The position numbers and the translations under genes were made by a program. DNA of 64,000 nt, taken from contig CM119269.1 in the NCBI GenBank assembly GCA_051294375.1, positions 23,169,497 through 23,233,496 on the forward strand, in the 5' to 3' direction. This document shows, piece after piece, positions 1 through 14,538 of the stretch. The notes beneath the pieces are model-generated. The model was not told the origin of the DNA. It did no database searches and saw nothing but the letters and a program-made list of their open reading frames with translations. The DNA comes from Paraspadella gotoi (taxonomy: Eukaryota; Animalia; Chaetognatha). The first letter of the stretch is position 1, and the number at the start of each line of letters is the position of its first letter.

Positions 1-16
1 CCGACCGACCCCTTAC

Positions 17-246
17 CTTTCTCCGCTTTGACCAGCACTAACGATTCTTCATCCGCGGTGCTGAACAACGATCCATTTGCAGACCCGCGAATTCCGCTCC
101 GCAACGACTCTGCAACGCCGGTCACGTCCAGACCGGCGTCGACGTCGCCGCTCGGTGGCGCCGTACACCCGGTCGGGCAGGACGGCCGGCGCCGCGGACT
201 CGGCACCGCAAAATGGACGGTGAAGTCAACGACGACACTTCCGGCG
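17..246 (-). CDS. Exon of SEA-domain type II membrane protein: C-terminal half of SEA domain; gene continues past left edge
   Basis: (CT)n tract + CAG acceptor at 247-249, AAG|GTAAGG donor at 17/16. Open frame AGSVVVDFTVHFAVPSPRRRPSCPTGC...LVKAEK contains the SEA GSVVV motif. Phase-2 start matches exon 15184-15251. Confidence 0.85.
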
Positions 247-3200
247 CTGTGGAAGGGGGAGAGAGAGAGATGAATAATCAATGAATAATCAATGAGTAAT
301 TATCAATGATAAAACAACTGAATGAATTTCCGATGAGAAATGAATCCGATGATGAATAAGTTCTTCAAAAGTTTCTTCCCGATCTGGGTGGTTCCAAGGG
401 ACATGATATCTGGTGTTCCAGGGACATGATATTCTGAAATAAAAATATTTAGTAAAATATCATTAATGAAAATTAATTTAAATTTAAATTTAAATTCAAG
501 GGAATGATATCTCTGAAATAAAAATAATTAGAAAATATCAATAATGAAAATGAATATTAATAAATTAATGATAAGACTAATTAGTCCCAGAGATGTGATA
601 TCTGAGCTGGAAGAATAATATACAACTTTTAACCATAAAAATTATTACAATAACTCGCCTAAAAGATTTACATAGATAAATTCAAAAAAATAGCAAAATT
701 GAAAATGAAATTTTACATATTATTAGTTTCTACAATTTTGCTCATTCTTGATTTAATATAAATTTTGATCAGAAACAAATCAATAATACTTAATTTTTCC
801 TAGAACGACTCAAAACCTTATAAAAATTTGAATGATAATTTAACAATCACCAATAGCTCCCAACAAACAACACAACACAACATCAACAAACTCGCCTTGC
901 AATGGCTCCCCGAGGAAGACGTTTCTGCATTTCCTGCATTTTTTTGAAAGGAAAAGCGCCGCCCAGATGATCGCGCCCCTTGAGCCCCGATGCGGCGTCG
1001 TGAGGGGCGCCGGAATGGCGGCGCCTCCTTGCCGGCATCGCCGCGTCCCCACAACCAAGGATCGTAGATTTGACGCGCGCGCCAAGGGCGTCAACTGTTG
1101 TCGAAGACCGAGCGCCGACCGGAACCCCGGGGCTCCGAGGAAGAGGAAGAGTTTTGTCGATGCCAAAGCGGGTCCGAGATCCCGTTCCAATTGCGTAATT
1201 CCTAACGAAGGCTCCGAAGAGCCCGCAGGCTGAAGCCCGCGCCCAAAGAGCCTCCCTGCGTGCCTCCCGGGCCGCCGCCGCGAAGGCCCCAACCCGCCTC
1301 TGCCAACGCTACCGCCGCCTCCGCCGACTGCGCCGTCGTAACTGGCCCGCTCTCTCGAAGAAGATTGATGATGCGAGCAGAATGATGCGTCCGCCTGAGT
1401 CGCTGCTTTCGATGCTTTCGTCGACTTCGCGATTGTCTGGGGGCTTGGTTCAAGCGCTCGATGATGAGCCGCCACGACAGACCGCCCGACGAGTTAGTTC
1501 GTTCTTGGCAAGAACACCAGCGCCGCCGCCGCCGCCGCCGCCCGCCGCCGCGAGGCCCAGTGCGGAGAGTAGAAGGGTTTGCCGGGCGAATGCGAAAGCA
1601 GCGAGAGGCGGCGGGTAGCGGCCGCCGCCCAATCCGCCGAGTCGCGCCTCCCGAGCCGAAGAAAGTCGATGTGCTGCAAGGGATGCTGCAGAAGGATGAT
1701 GATGATGTTTGCTGTGGTTGCTGCAAAGGGTCCGTCGCGAGGTGGGGGTCATCGTAGAGTAACTCAAAGTTTTGGTAAGGACCGCGGGCGCGGCGTCCAG
1801 GCGTAGGTGAGTTTGCTGCTGTTGGTGAGAAAGGTCAGCGCCTTTGGCCGATCGGCGTGGTTCACCATACGACGGGCAGACCGACGGACGGACCGACAGA
1901 CGGACCGACGCCTCCGCTCCGTACGCTGACAGAGAGACGTTGTCCGCGCGCCTTTGCTCCACTGAGAAGTCCGGCTAAGGAAGGAGCCGGCTGGAGCGGC
2001 GTGTGCTCCTATAAGGGGGGGCGAAGAATCGGGGAAAGGATGCTGACAAGGATTAGTTAAGGATTAGTGAATAGAGAAAAAAGTTATGGGATTCTCGGTG
2101 ATTGATATTTTAAACGTTTTAAAATAAAACTTGGCGCGGCTCTTAAACCAACTATTTTCTGAAGCGCCCCTTTTCTGTTCCCTAATACATGAATCTAACT
2201 TTTACTCCTAATTCAAGCCTAATCTTTAAGATATTTAACACTCAATCGTAATTTAATCCTTAAACCATTGTGTTATGATCCTTTATTTTCGTTGCCTTTA
2301 TGAGATTAGAGAAAAGTTTAAAATTAGATTTCAACACGACTTTTTTCTCTATGAAAATAAAACTAATTTCAAACTTTTCTCTAATCCTTAACCATCTTAG
2401 TATCCTTAAAAATATAAAAAATTTTGTTGAGCATATATCACTCAACATTTTTGACTCAACCCATTGAGTGGGGCGACCCCTACTTTAATTCTTATCTTTA
2501 TTTACCTAATCCCTAACCATAATTCCCAACCCTTAACCTAAAATATAATCTAAAACCGAAAAAGTGGCTTTTTGAATAATAAGGCTCTATTTTTGCAGCC
2601 TAGACTGACCCTTCCTGCCAAAGATAGGATTTATCCGCTCAAGCAAAATATGAAAGAAGCAATGAAATAAAGCCAAAATAAAGCATAAAAAAGATCACTT
2701 GAATAAAGCAGAGGATGATCCGATGGTGCGCCATTTCGGTTTCGTCGGCCGACGATCGCCCGCGCCGTCGGCCGAAAACAACGCCGATGAAAAAGAACGC
2801 CGGTTTTAAGTTTCGGTGCGGTCGAATCGGCGCGATTCTCTGCTGATTGGACGCCAAGGCGGCGTCATTCTCCTCCTCTTCCTCTCCTCCTCCTTACTAT
2901 AAACATAAATGATAAATGATAATAAATAAATAAATTAAACATTAGTAGTTTAGTAAAAAAAAATAAAGTTTTCATATTTTTTGTGATATTTTTTAAGGGT
3001 TTTTTAAAAGTTTTTTAGGGGAACTTAAACTTAAAGCTATATGTAAATACTTATAATATTTATAATTTAAATACCAAGCTCTTCCTTTATTCTTGTTGCT
3101 CTTTGGTGGTTTTAAAATTATTTAATTAAATAAATAAAAGACTATTGATTATGTTCTTTAGTAAATTATTATCTAAAAAATATTTTTCACCTGCTTGAAA

Positions 3201-5357
3201 AAAACTTTGTCCCGAGGCTCGAGTTTTTTTGGTCAGGGAATAATTTTAGTGAACGAGGTTTTTAACTTTTTATGGTTTTTCAGTTTTTTTGGGAAAACGT
3301 GGGAGACACCGATGCCTCCAGAGGTTGAAGTGAAAAGGGAGAGAGAGAGAAGAGAGAGAGAGAAGAGAGAGAGAAGAGAGAAGAGAGAGAGAGAGAGAGA
3401 GAGAAGAGAGAGTGAGAAAACAAGAAAGGGTTCTTTCTTTTTTTTGTTTCAGAGAAAAGAAATTAGAAGAAAAAATGTTTATTCATGTAAAATAATAAAA
3501 ATTGACTTTCATCTCATTTTCTTTGAGTCCAATTTGTTTTCATTCATGAGAATAAAGGCAGTTGTTTTTTTTGTTGTGTTGTTGTGAAAGCCAAAAAAAG
3601 ATGATATTTTGGAGAGAGAGAGAGAGAAAAAGAGAGAGAGAGAGACAGAAAAAATGATAATAAAAGCTTGGAAGGGTTTTTTTAAAAAAAAGATAAAAAT
3701 GCTAGTTGTACTTTGGGAATTTCGGGAAATGAGTAAAATGAGAGAGGAATCATTTGCAGCGAGCCCTTAAAAAAAAGAGAGAAGGAGACACTTAGATTAA
3801 GGATAGAGATTAAGGTTAGACACTTAGGATTAGGATTAAGATTAGGGATTAGAGTTGTGGTATTTTTGCAAAATATTCCTCATTAGGTTTATTTTTGTGA
3901 GAAAGTAATCGATACAAAAAATGAAAATAGCAGTTACACGAGTCAATTATTTCTTACTATATTGGAATAAATAAGACTAATTTTAAAATAAATATAATGT
4001 TTAACATATTTTACAAAAGTAATACTTAAAATATAATTTAATTACTTTGATATTTAATAATGTATGAGGACAGGGACGTTATGTTGTCTTTTTTTAAATA
4101 GAGGAAACATTTATACTTTATTACATTAATCATAACTATTAATCATTACTCACCATATAGTAGTAGTTTGTTTTTTTTTATTTCTTGAGGATGAAATATG
4201 TTTGATAAAAGTTCAATGTGTAGCTAATGATGGAAGAAAATCTTTCGTTGCTTTGATTAACATAAATTGTTTTCTATTTTGTTTGTGTGTTTGTTTGTTT
4301 GTTATATATTTGCTTTTTATTTTTCTTTCGGAGCGGCTTTGATTGTCACATAGTTTGAAGAAGATAGTTAAAATCTGTGTGTCAAAGTTTTTTTAACAAA
4401 ATAGTCAAATGGGAAGATAAAAGATCTACATTTACATTACAAGGAAATTAAAATTTATTTAATTTTTTCAATGACATTTAAGAGAGAAAGGATGACATTT
4501 TAAAGACAATGAGTAAAAAATGACAAAAAATTGTAAAATGGCGAATTTAAAAAAAAAACAACTTATATTGAGAAGACAATATTAAAGAAGTCGAGGATAA
4601 ATATTGATTACGTCAAAAATGATAATTAGATTTTTGCCGATTAGCATCGCGTCTGCAAATATAAACACAAACAATTTAACATTTAAACATTTAAACAATT
4701 TCATAATCATAGAGAAAAGATAAGAAGGACAAAAAAGATTCAACATTACGTTTAAACGTTGATGAACACGGACGGCTGTTGTTCCAAGATGATTTTGATG
4801 TTGTGATGAAGTCAACATCCGACCTTCGACTGAAAAAATTGACGTTGCTGCTGGTAAATGATGAGAAATTGATGTTGCTGCTGGAATTGATGAAGAAATT
4901 GATGTAGTTATCGAGATAACATTATTGATGTTTCTGCTGGAGAAATTTTATGGTTGTCGTGATACACGTTGCCATGATAAATTTAATGTAAACGTCTGGT
5001 AAGATTAGATACGAAGTAACAAAAAAGGGAAAGCTTTTGATAAATATTATCAGTTTTATCACAAGAAAAATAATCAATTGTTATATTTAAAACGAATTGA
5101 ATGAAAGGCTAACCGAAGCGAGAAGCGATGATTGATTGATTGATTGATTGATTGATATGATTGATTGATTTGATTGATTGATCGATTAAAAAGTCTAACT
5201 CGTGAGAAAAGCTGCTGTGATTTTGAGTTGACGCAGTGAATCACTGTTGACATTCGTGAAAGAAATTCGTCTCCCGCAAAAAGTGAAAGAAGGAAAAGTC
5301 GTTGTTGTTGTTATTCCTCCCACTCCCTCTCTATCTCTCTCTTATTTTTCTTCTTCA

Positions 5358-5441
<84 letters not shown>

Positions 5442-5666
5442 GTCGAGAGACGCCTTGCCTTTTTTACTTTACTTCCGGTCAAACGATCCATGCATGTATT
5501 CAATCCAGCGTCACGTCATGCTACGCTACGCCACCGCCACGCCATGCTGCGCCACGCTACGCTGTGCACAGCCACGCTACGCTGTCGCTCCGCATTTTTT
5601 TTAGTCTCTGGGAAATTGTGAGACGCGCGATTTTCAAAATGGCGACGAGGGAGGAAGCGCGCGAGC

Positions 5667-5697
<31 letters not shown>

Positions 5698-5709
5698 AGA
5701 GAGAAGAGA

Positions 5710-5756
<47 letters not shown>

Positions 5757-6228
5757 TAGAGAGAGAGATCCCGCATGCCCAAATCTCGCACGCATTGTCG
5801 TCGTCATCTCCTCGTCGTTTCGTCGTGTGGTACAAGTCACGTGTTAAGTCACTTCCGGATCATGAAAAGTCATTAACCAGATTTTTTGCAATCAATTTTT
5901 TTGTTGCAATCAATAGGGCAATCAATATATCAGTCAATCAAATTGGGTTATTTCGATAAGACTGTTATTGCAGGGACCGAATGTGTTTAAATATTAATTA
6001 ATCACTAAACAGTAAAGCCTGTGGAAATATTTTTGTTAGACATCTACGAAGTGGTTAATTATGTTTATAATGATAAAAAAAGTTTTGTATTCGTTAATTA
6101 ATCTGTCTATTTTAATATATATAAATACAATATTTTATTATTTCTTCACAATCAGTTATAAATAGACTTTTCACAACGCTGGATCGGATTTTTGATCGTA
6201 GTCTTCTCTCTCTCTTCTCTCTCTCTCT

Positions 6229-6259
<31 letters not shown>

Positions 6260-6372
6260 CCACAGTTTTGCTCTTCCTCTCTTTTCTCTTTTCCTGTTAA
6301 ATGGAAAACGACTCTGCTTGGAACGATTGCACGCAGCTGAAGTAGCGGCGAAGCAGAAAAAAGCACGCGCGC

Positions 6373-6436
<64 letters not shown>

Positions 6437-6529
6437 AGAGAGAGAGAGCGTTCATGGTGCCCAAGCGACTGCCCTCCGCTTTTAGACGCGGCAGAGATTT
6501 CAAACACGCGGCCTGGACTCAATGCCGTT

Positions 6530-7012
6530 CTCTCATTGGCGAAATTCTTTTCTCGGTTCTTTCATTGGCTCAAAAATATCTACTTCGAACGCGTCCCGTT
6601 CTCTCATTTATTCTCTCATTGGTCAAAAATTTCATTCGCCGCCTCTGATTGACTCAATTACCTCCTGTGGAAGCTTCACTCTTTTTTCATTGTCGATAAA
6701 CGTTTTCATTTTTCTCATTGGATCAAAAGAAATGGATTTTCAGATTACTTAAAAAATAGTATTTCTTTCATGCCACAGTTAGAAAATTTTGTCTCGATAG
6801 TGTTTTTTTTTCAATTAAAATTGTCAAATTTAATAATAGTTTAGCATGAGTACAATTGCACTTGGTGATTTCATGAGCCTAAATGTAAGGGTTTTCTTAT
6901 CCTCTGATTGGTTAATTTCTCCCAGGATCACAGAATAGACGATTCTGATTGGACGCTTGAGCTGGGAATGGGGGGTAGGAGAGGCGCTTGTTCTCGGATT
7001 GCTCATTGGTCG
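6530..7012 (-). promoter_or_regulatory. Cluster of seven same-strand CCAAT (NF-Y-type) boxes
   Basis: ATTGG at 6535, 6564, 6618, 6717, 6907, 6948, 7005, mostly in (C/G)ATTGG context preceded by CT, i.e. CCAAT(G/C)AG on the minus strand. Confidence 0.45.
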
Positions 7013-7173
7013 AACTGTCAATGGCGAGAGAGAGAGAGAGAGAGAAGAGAGACGAAGAAGAAAGAAGAGAGAAGAGAAAGAGAAAGAAAGAGAGAAAGAT
7101 AAGAGAGAGGAGGAAGATTAAGGAACTGTCGTGAGCGACATAGGTACAGGTATTCGATATAGCCGTCTGTCTA

Positions 7174-7210
<37 letters not shown>

Positions 7211-10200
7211 TTTCTCTCTCTCTCTCCCGGACTGGGGTTTACGGACGTACTGATACTGCGGAATGCGCCGCCAATCGGAAATCAATATGAGAATGCAAAA
7301 AAGAAAAAAGCAAAGGCATCTATATAGGGATAAGGCACTAAGTGGGCTAAGATTACTATCCTTATCTTCTGTGCTCCATCAGCAGCAAATGAAAGGGTCG
7401 CTGGACTTGGATCCAACATATAAGGTTTCCAGCCCCCAAGGTTGGGGTTATAACGTGCGCGTCTACCATTCCCGCAGGTGTTACCGTGGTAGAATACTAT
7501 GAACCGGTTAGCTCAGTGGTCAAAATGAGCGTGAAAGGGTGTCATGACTTATCGGCCGGGGGTGGAAGCTGTTAGACAATGCGCCGGACTAACCGACATA
7601 GAATGCAAAATAACAACAACGAAACTGATAGGGTGAAGCGTAATTACAAATACGATTACTGTTACAAAGGCAGGTGATTAACTAAAAAACGGTAGAAATT
7701 TTTACGCAATTGAACTGTGAAGCGTAAAAAAATAAGACATATTCTCATTAAAATTTTTTAAAACATTAATCCTGTTTTAAAAATTATAAGTATTAAAAAA
7801 AAGATCATATATGATATATTTTTATATTTAATGTTTAAAAACACAAAGGAATAAAAAACATTGCACGCGTCGAATTAATTTCGGGTAACAAAATTAAATA
7901 AAAATTGACAAAGAATAAGAGAAATGACGATAAATGACGACATTACTTAGGAGATATTATTTATAATTTATTTTTTGATTTTAAACAAAAATGTACAGCA
8001 TTTATCAACAAAACAAAATGCCGGGCTTAATGCTTTTTTAATTATTCGAAAAAATCTTAGAAATACAACCTCACGATATTTTTTATTCTTTTTTATATCA
8101 AAGTTGTTTAAAAAAAAAGCATGATAATATATATCAAGTAAAAGAGAGGAGGCGCCAAACCCAAAAGGAATTTTATTCAATTGCGGAAAAATCAGATCTA
8201 AAAAATCACAATTGAGCCATTTCTGGAAGTAAACATAATTCTACCTAAATAACCAATAGTATAATTTTTTCATGTATCTAAAAACGGATATATTTTGTAG
8301 ATTTTTTTTCATTAGTTTACTTTTTGTATATAAAAAAAGAGAAAGTTTATATAAAAAATGCTTTACTTGTGACAAAAAATATAATAAATTTAAGGTTTCA
8401 ATATTACAGCTTAAATAACAAAAAATAATAAACTATTAAAATCAAATCGTTAACTATACTCGCTAAGCGTTTATAAATTTAAAATTCAATATATAACAAT
8501 CATGATAACGAATTAAGCGAGTTTCAATAATCACAGATGAGGGTAGCACATATATTAGTTTATATAATAAATAATTATTTATCATTATAATTGTGTTATA
8601 TAATTAATTAGTTTTAATAATTAGTTAATTTCGTAATCAGAAATTGGTATCTTAACTTTTTTATATATTCTAAATAAATTTTTAGAAAATATAGTATAGA
8701 ACAAACAGGATTGAGACACTCATTTATACATCATTGGAAAATATTATAACTTAATACGCACCCCACCCTCTCCAGCCGCTGCGACTAAAAAAATATAAAA
8801 CGAAAAAAAACCACCAGTAGTAGAAATATACAGGAAGGTAGATAATGTATTCACCCTTTAAGACGCGTTCATCTTATATACAATATCATCGCCCCGATTA
8901 ACTTTATCACTTTATCATGATTCACCATGCGTGAATCACATCAACTTTACCCCTAAATATTTATCATATGATCCGCGCGTGTGTGCTGTTCCAGTTATCC
9001 CGTAACCTTAATCACTAACTTAATCCGCAACGCTTATCATGTATAATCCACCTACAACAATAATTTTTAAACTCCTTAATCCAACCTAATTCTGATTTAA
9101 CGAAAAGTGTCGAGTTCTGGAAATAAGGCCAAAGCTTTTTACTATATATTTAATTGGCATAAAAGTCTCAATTAAAAAAAAAATAGAGGCCATTCATGAT
9201 AATCAATATATTAATAAATAATTAAAATATTGATTAATTTAATAAAATTCAGAGTTTCTACGTCGTTCACAAAGGGATGTTTCTTTTGTTGCAATCATTG
9301 TTATATATTTATCGCAAGCGACCATGTCGTACTCGTCGCCCGGAGATTTCCATATATCCGTCGGCTCGTCGCGCTCTCGTCGTCCATCGTCACCCCGTCC
9401 TCAATGATTCATCCATCAGTTCTAATGTCCACGACGCCTGCGATTCTGACGCTTTAGAGAATACAAAATAGCGCCGTATTTGAGAAAACGAGAATCGAGG
9501 TCGTCGTACGTTTTTTGTTTCGTTTTGATTTCTCTGATGAAGACGACGACAGATAATGACTGACATGTATGACGACGAACAATGATTTGATCTCGACTCT
9601 GTAGGTTTAGGAGGGAACGACGAGACGACGAATGATGTATACAGATGAAGATAAGACGTAACGTATAACGAGCTCGACGTAACAGAACGATCGATCCCCA
9701 TTTTTCAGTTTCTTTCTCTCCGCCGCCGCCTCTGACCATCTGCGGTGGTGCCGCTGTCGCCAGACCGGCGCTTCGCAGCGTGTTCCGCCTGCCCTCGCTC
9801 CCGCTGCCCGCCACCAACCGCTGGCTCCGCCGCGCCGAATAGAGTTGGTTATAATTATCCGACTCTCGACGCCTTGGATGAATATATTAGAACGCTAGTT
9901 ATTTGCTCGGACTAACATAAATAGTTTGAATTGTGTGCTAAAATTGATTGGCAAGTGAATTGTGGAGCTAAAATGCACAGTGTAATATATGTAGCGAAAT
10001 ATGGAATCACGTGTAAGTAATATAATAAGTCAACTAATAAAATAACAAAATAATTATACAGTTATGGGCAATGAGAATAAAGTATGAGCGATAATCAGGA
10101 GAATAAGAACGGATCTGAAGTGGACACAGTAAATATATGATTAATAGAGAGCTGAGGTGAGACGCTTGAGAGTGACTTTGACAAGGATTTACGTGAAGAT

Positions 10201-12892
10201 ACCACTTGCAGAAAGAGAATCATACGAGAGAAGAAAACATACGAGAGAGACCTTGATGGATCACGAGAGAGAGAGATTGAGAGAGAGAGAGAGAGCAGCA
10301 GAGAAAAGAGCAGTAGGCCAGAGATCATTTGTTTATACCCTTCACCCCGACCAAACACTCTTAGGTCACGCATCTTACTGTCACTTGGAACGTAGTCATT
10401 GTGAATACCAAGTTGCTTGCATTCTTTTATATCCGTTTGGCGCTTTTCGTGTTTCTACGCCCACGACGTCACATAACTGCGGCGCCTTCGTCGCAAGAGG
10501 CCGTTGTTCCACCGATTGGTCTGCTGAGAGTGGGTTCGCAGTTTAAGACGTCGCCCGGCACGGCACGGGGTTCGACCTCTAGTTCGACTTGTCGAGCAGA
10601 TACGGCTCGGACCGTGTCAATAATCAGATATTCCGAAATTATAGCAGATTTTTTTCTAGCATAAGAACGGTACTGTCCTGTCCTGTCCAGGTTATCAGGT
10701 TCAAGATCTTGTACGATCTGTTCAGGTACCATACTATGGTCAATTGGTATACTTTATATGTTCAGGTGTTATCGACTATCAGCTAAACAATCATTATTTT
10801 CTTCAATAATATAAAAGTAGACCAATTTTGTTTAAAGTTAGTGAAATTGCATCCAACGCGTTAGTAAGTAACCGATCCACCATTTAGAATGCGAAGGTAT
10901 GATTTAGTAAAAGTGAGTGAATAAATAGATGATATATAGGTGAATAGATGATAGAGATGACAGTGATAGATATGAAAGAATCTGCAAGTAGTCGATGATA
11001 GAGGAGGACGTGGGATAAATGTGTAAAGGACATTGAGGCCAGCACAGAGGCACGGCTCGAATAATGATATTTGAGAAAGTACAACTTTAAGACAGACACT
11101 GAATTACGCGATAGACAGACCCAGTGCAGATAAAACAGGGGTTTAGGGTGATTTGTCTATATCTGACAGCGTCTCTAATAAGTTTTCAATCACATGCCCT
11201 TTTTAACAATTTATGTTTGACTTTGAATAAGAGGATGTTTTATCCTTCGTATCCGCTGACGACAGTAAGACAGACAAAAGGACAGACAGTCCCTACTCAA
11301 TGGCATATTTCTCGCCCATCCACTTCAGACAGAAAGACCGTTTTAGACAGAAAGGAAGGCTCATTTGAGATTTTAAACAGATAACAGTTCCTAACCCATA
11401 TTTCTACTCCAAAGAACAGACATTCAGATTGACAAAGAAATAGGACAGACATACCTGAAGTGACATTATTTCCACACCATCCTCTTCCGGCCTTTAGGCG
11501 AAGACAGCAATCCAAGAGGAAGTTTTCGCCAGTTGATTAGATGGAAGTTGGTTACACTCGGGCCACGGTCTAGCCCGGAGTCACCGCCTTTCGACAATGA
11601 CAAAGCACTTCGGCGGTCACAAAGATGTAATACTCAGTGGGCTCACGCAGTAATGGTCAGCGTCTGACGTAGTGGGGGGCACAAGGATAGTGGGCGTACC
11701 GATAGGAGGCGGGACGAAATCGGTATCGGAGTACACTGACTAGATAGCGAACGAAAGACGCAGTAATAATAAATAATATAAATAAATATAGCACTCACAC
11801 AAAAAGACGTATAACCAATGTATTTATCTCGCCTTCTATAAATACAATAACTCATAAGACTAGCCAAGTGGAAATTGCTCACTGCAGAATCGATTCGATA
11901 TATCACACACTCACACACTGAGCAACCACCTCTCTTAACCCATGAATAAATCTCTACGAAATAAAATAACAATATTAATAATCTACTTACAACACTAATA
12001 AATAACTATATATATATTTCACTCACAGATATATAATTAAAAATAATTAAATATTTTAGTTTAAAGTAGACACACAATATATAGCCTGATATATTCTATA
12101 AAGACATCTTAAATACACACTAGAAGTTATACACTCAAATTAATATATTAAGTGAAATAAGTATTACACTCACGGGCTTTAAACAGGTAAATTAGGTTTA
12201 AAAGGAATAACGAGATGATATATTAATCACCATAATAAAATATTTTAATCCACTCATCAACTCACACTCACTAACACACTTCTCAAATAAATAAATAGTC
12301 TGTAATACACATACACCATAAAGCAAGAGTAAATCACTTTTACAATACTAACTCGAGATACACAATAACAATCAGCCTATATACATAAATAAAGAATTCC
12401 ACCGGCTACAACGTCCTTCCACCCCTACGGCCGAACACCACAACCATGTCGCCACCCCTGGGCCTCGCTCACACCTCACGTCCCCGCCACTCTTTTCACC
12501 AACCCCGGGGCCACCCCCAAAATCTTTTCTCCGCCAGCGGCATATGAAGAACGCGTTGGGAGAGGTGAAGCACAATTAACGAGTTAATCGAGTACGTTAT
12601 ACATTACTCTACTTCCTCTTAGTATGGTACACCGAATAGATAGACGGAGCGTGGATAGATAGGAGCAAACAGATAGGAATAGATGAGACGAATAGCTGAA
12701 TAAGAATAGATAGCGGAAACCTGGACTGAAAAGCCGGGACCGCGACCATATATCGACACATATTCACGTAACGCGCTGCGATTGACCAAAGGAAAACGAC
12801 TAGAAACGAATAAACGGGCCGCAATCAGGTGCCGCCCGCAAGGGTGGATGAGCGAAAAAAAGGGCGGAAAAGCAAGAACTAAAAGGCGAACG

Positions 12893-13110
12893 TGAACAAC
12901 GATCCATTTTGCAGACCCGAAGCAAATTCCGCTCCGCAACGACTCTGCAACGCCGGTCAAACATCAACCGTCGTCGACGTCGCCGCTCGGTGGCGCCGTA
13001 TTCACCGTGAATCGGGCAGGACGCCGGCGCCCGCGGACTCGAAAGGCACCAAAACAAAATGGACGCGTGAATCAAACAAAAACGAACTTCCGGCGCCTGT
13101 GGAAGTGGGA
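12893..13110 (-). other. Indel-rich second copy of SEA exon 17-246 (probably uncorrected long-read sequence)
   Basis: Aligns by eye to 62-270 (gaacaacgatccatt...ccgctccgcaacgactctgcaacgccggtca...ctgtggaag) with many indels; next to 25-N gap 13507-13531. Confidence 0.8.
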
Positions 13111-14505
13111 GATGACGAGAGAGAGATGGAAAGGGAAGAGAGTAGGAATGGGGAGGGAGAGAGAGAGGAGGAGGGAGAGAAGGGAAAGTGAGGGAAGGAA
13201 GAGAGACGAGGGACGGAAAGAGGAAGGAGTGGGGAAGGGATAGGAGAGAGATGGGAGAGAAGGGTGAGAGGCGAGTAAAGAGAGAGGGGGGAAAGTGAGG
13301 GAAAAAGAAGAGAGAGGCGAGAGAGAGAGGGGGAAAGCGGGAGGGGAGAGAGAGGGAGAAGGGGAGGAGGAGAGAGGGGGAAAGTAGGGAGAGAAAGAGA
13401 GAAGGAAGAGAGAGGGAGAAGCGGGAGGGAGGAGAGAGGGCGGAAGATAGTGAGGAGAGAAAGAGGAGAGAGGCGAGATAGACAGGGGAAAGGCGGAGAG
13501 AAGGAANNNNNNNNNNNNNNNNNNNNNNNNNGGGGGAGGGAGAGAGAGGGAGGAGGAAGAGAAGATATTTTTATTTATTGGGTTCATTTTTGATAAAAGA
13601 AAAGAGGAAAAAAGAACCGAAATAGACATTTTTCAAATATTAATATTTGCATATATAAATAAGAGTTAAACATAATTTCAGGAAATCTTTTAAGAACAAA
13701 AGATCATCCAGTCATCATACATTTTAAATTCTCTCCTGGTGTTTTTCCTGCAAACTATTAATCTCGAACAAAAGATGAATACATCAAAAGTTTTGTAAAT
13801 TTTTTTCCAAAAAGATTTTTACTATGAAAGATAATTTAGGTCACTTTATGGTCCGTCAGTCTATCTGACCTTAAATAAGTATAAATTATAAAATTAATTT
13901 TATTTCTATGATCAATAATTTTTAACGTTTTTGCTGTTTAAACTTATTAATTTTTATTTGTTAATCATCAAGATAAAATTAAATTTTGTGCGACACTTGG
14001 AAAATGTGATTCCTTGTTCTTAAATTTTTTTCTTCTTTTATCCATAAAAAATTGGAAATGAGGTCGTCGTCGTCGTCGTCGTCGTTGTCATCTTGTCAAA
14101 AATCTAAGACCAAAACCTATGTTTAATCTTTTATAAATTATAATATCGATCACCTGTAATTACTCTCTCTCTCTCTCTCTCTNNNNNNNNNNCTCTCTCT
14201 CTCTCTCAAGTTTTCCCTCGAGTTTGGGCGGAGAGAGAGAGAGAAAGCGAGTGATTGGCAGGGAGAGAGGGCNNNNNNNNNNNNNNNNNNNNNNNNNNNN
14301 NNNNNNNNNNNNNNNNNNNNNNNNNNNNNNNNNNNNNNNNNNNNNNNNNNNNNNNNNNNNNNNNNNNNNNNNNNNNNNNNNNNNNNNNNNNNNNNNNNNN
14401 NNNNNNNNNNNNNNNNNNNNNNNNNNNNNNNNNNNNNNNNNNNNNNNNNNNNNNNNNNNNNNNNNNNNNNNNNNNNNNNNNNNNNNNNNNNNNNNNNNNN
14501 NNNNN

Positions 14506-14538
<33 letters not shown>

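Noticed and set aside
840-2060. rRNA spacer, RNase P/MRP or telomerase RNA identity for the GC island
   Set aside because: No diagnostic conserved motifs or CTAACCCT template seen
7503-7560. tRNA-like start ccggttagctcagtggt
   Set aside because: A-box only; no B-box or cloverleaf; error-rich sequence
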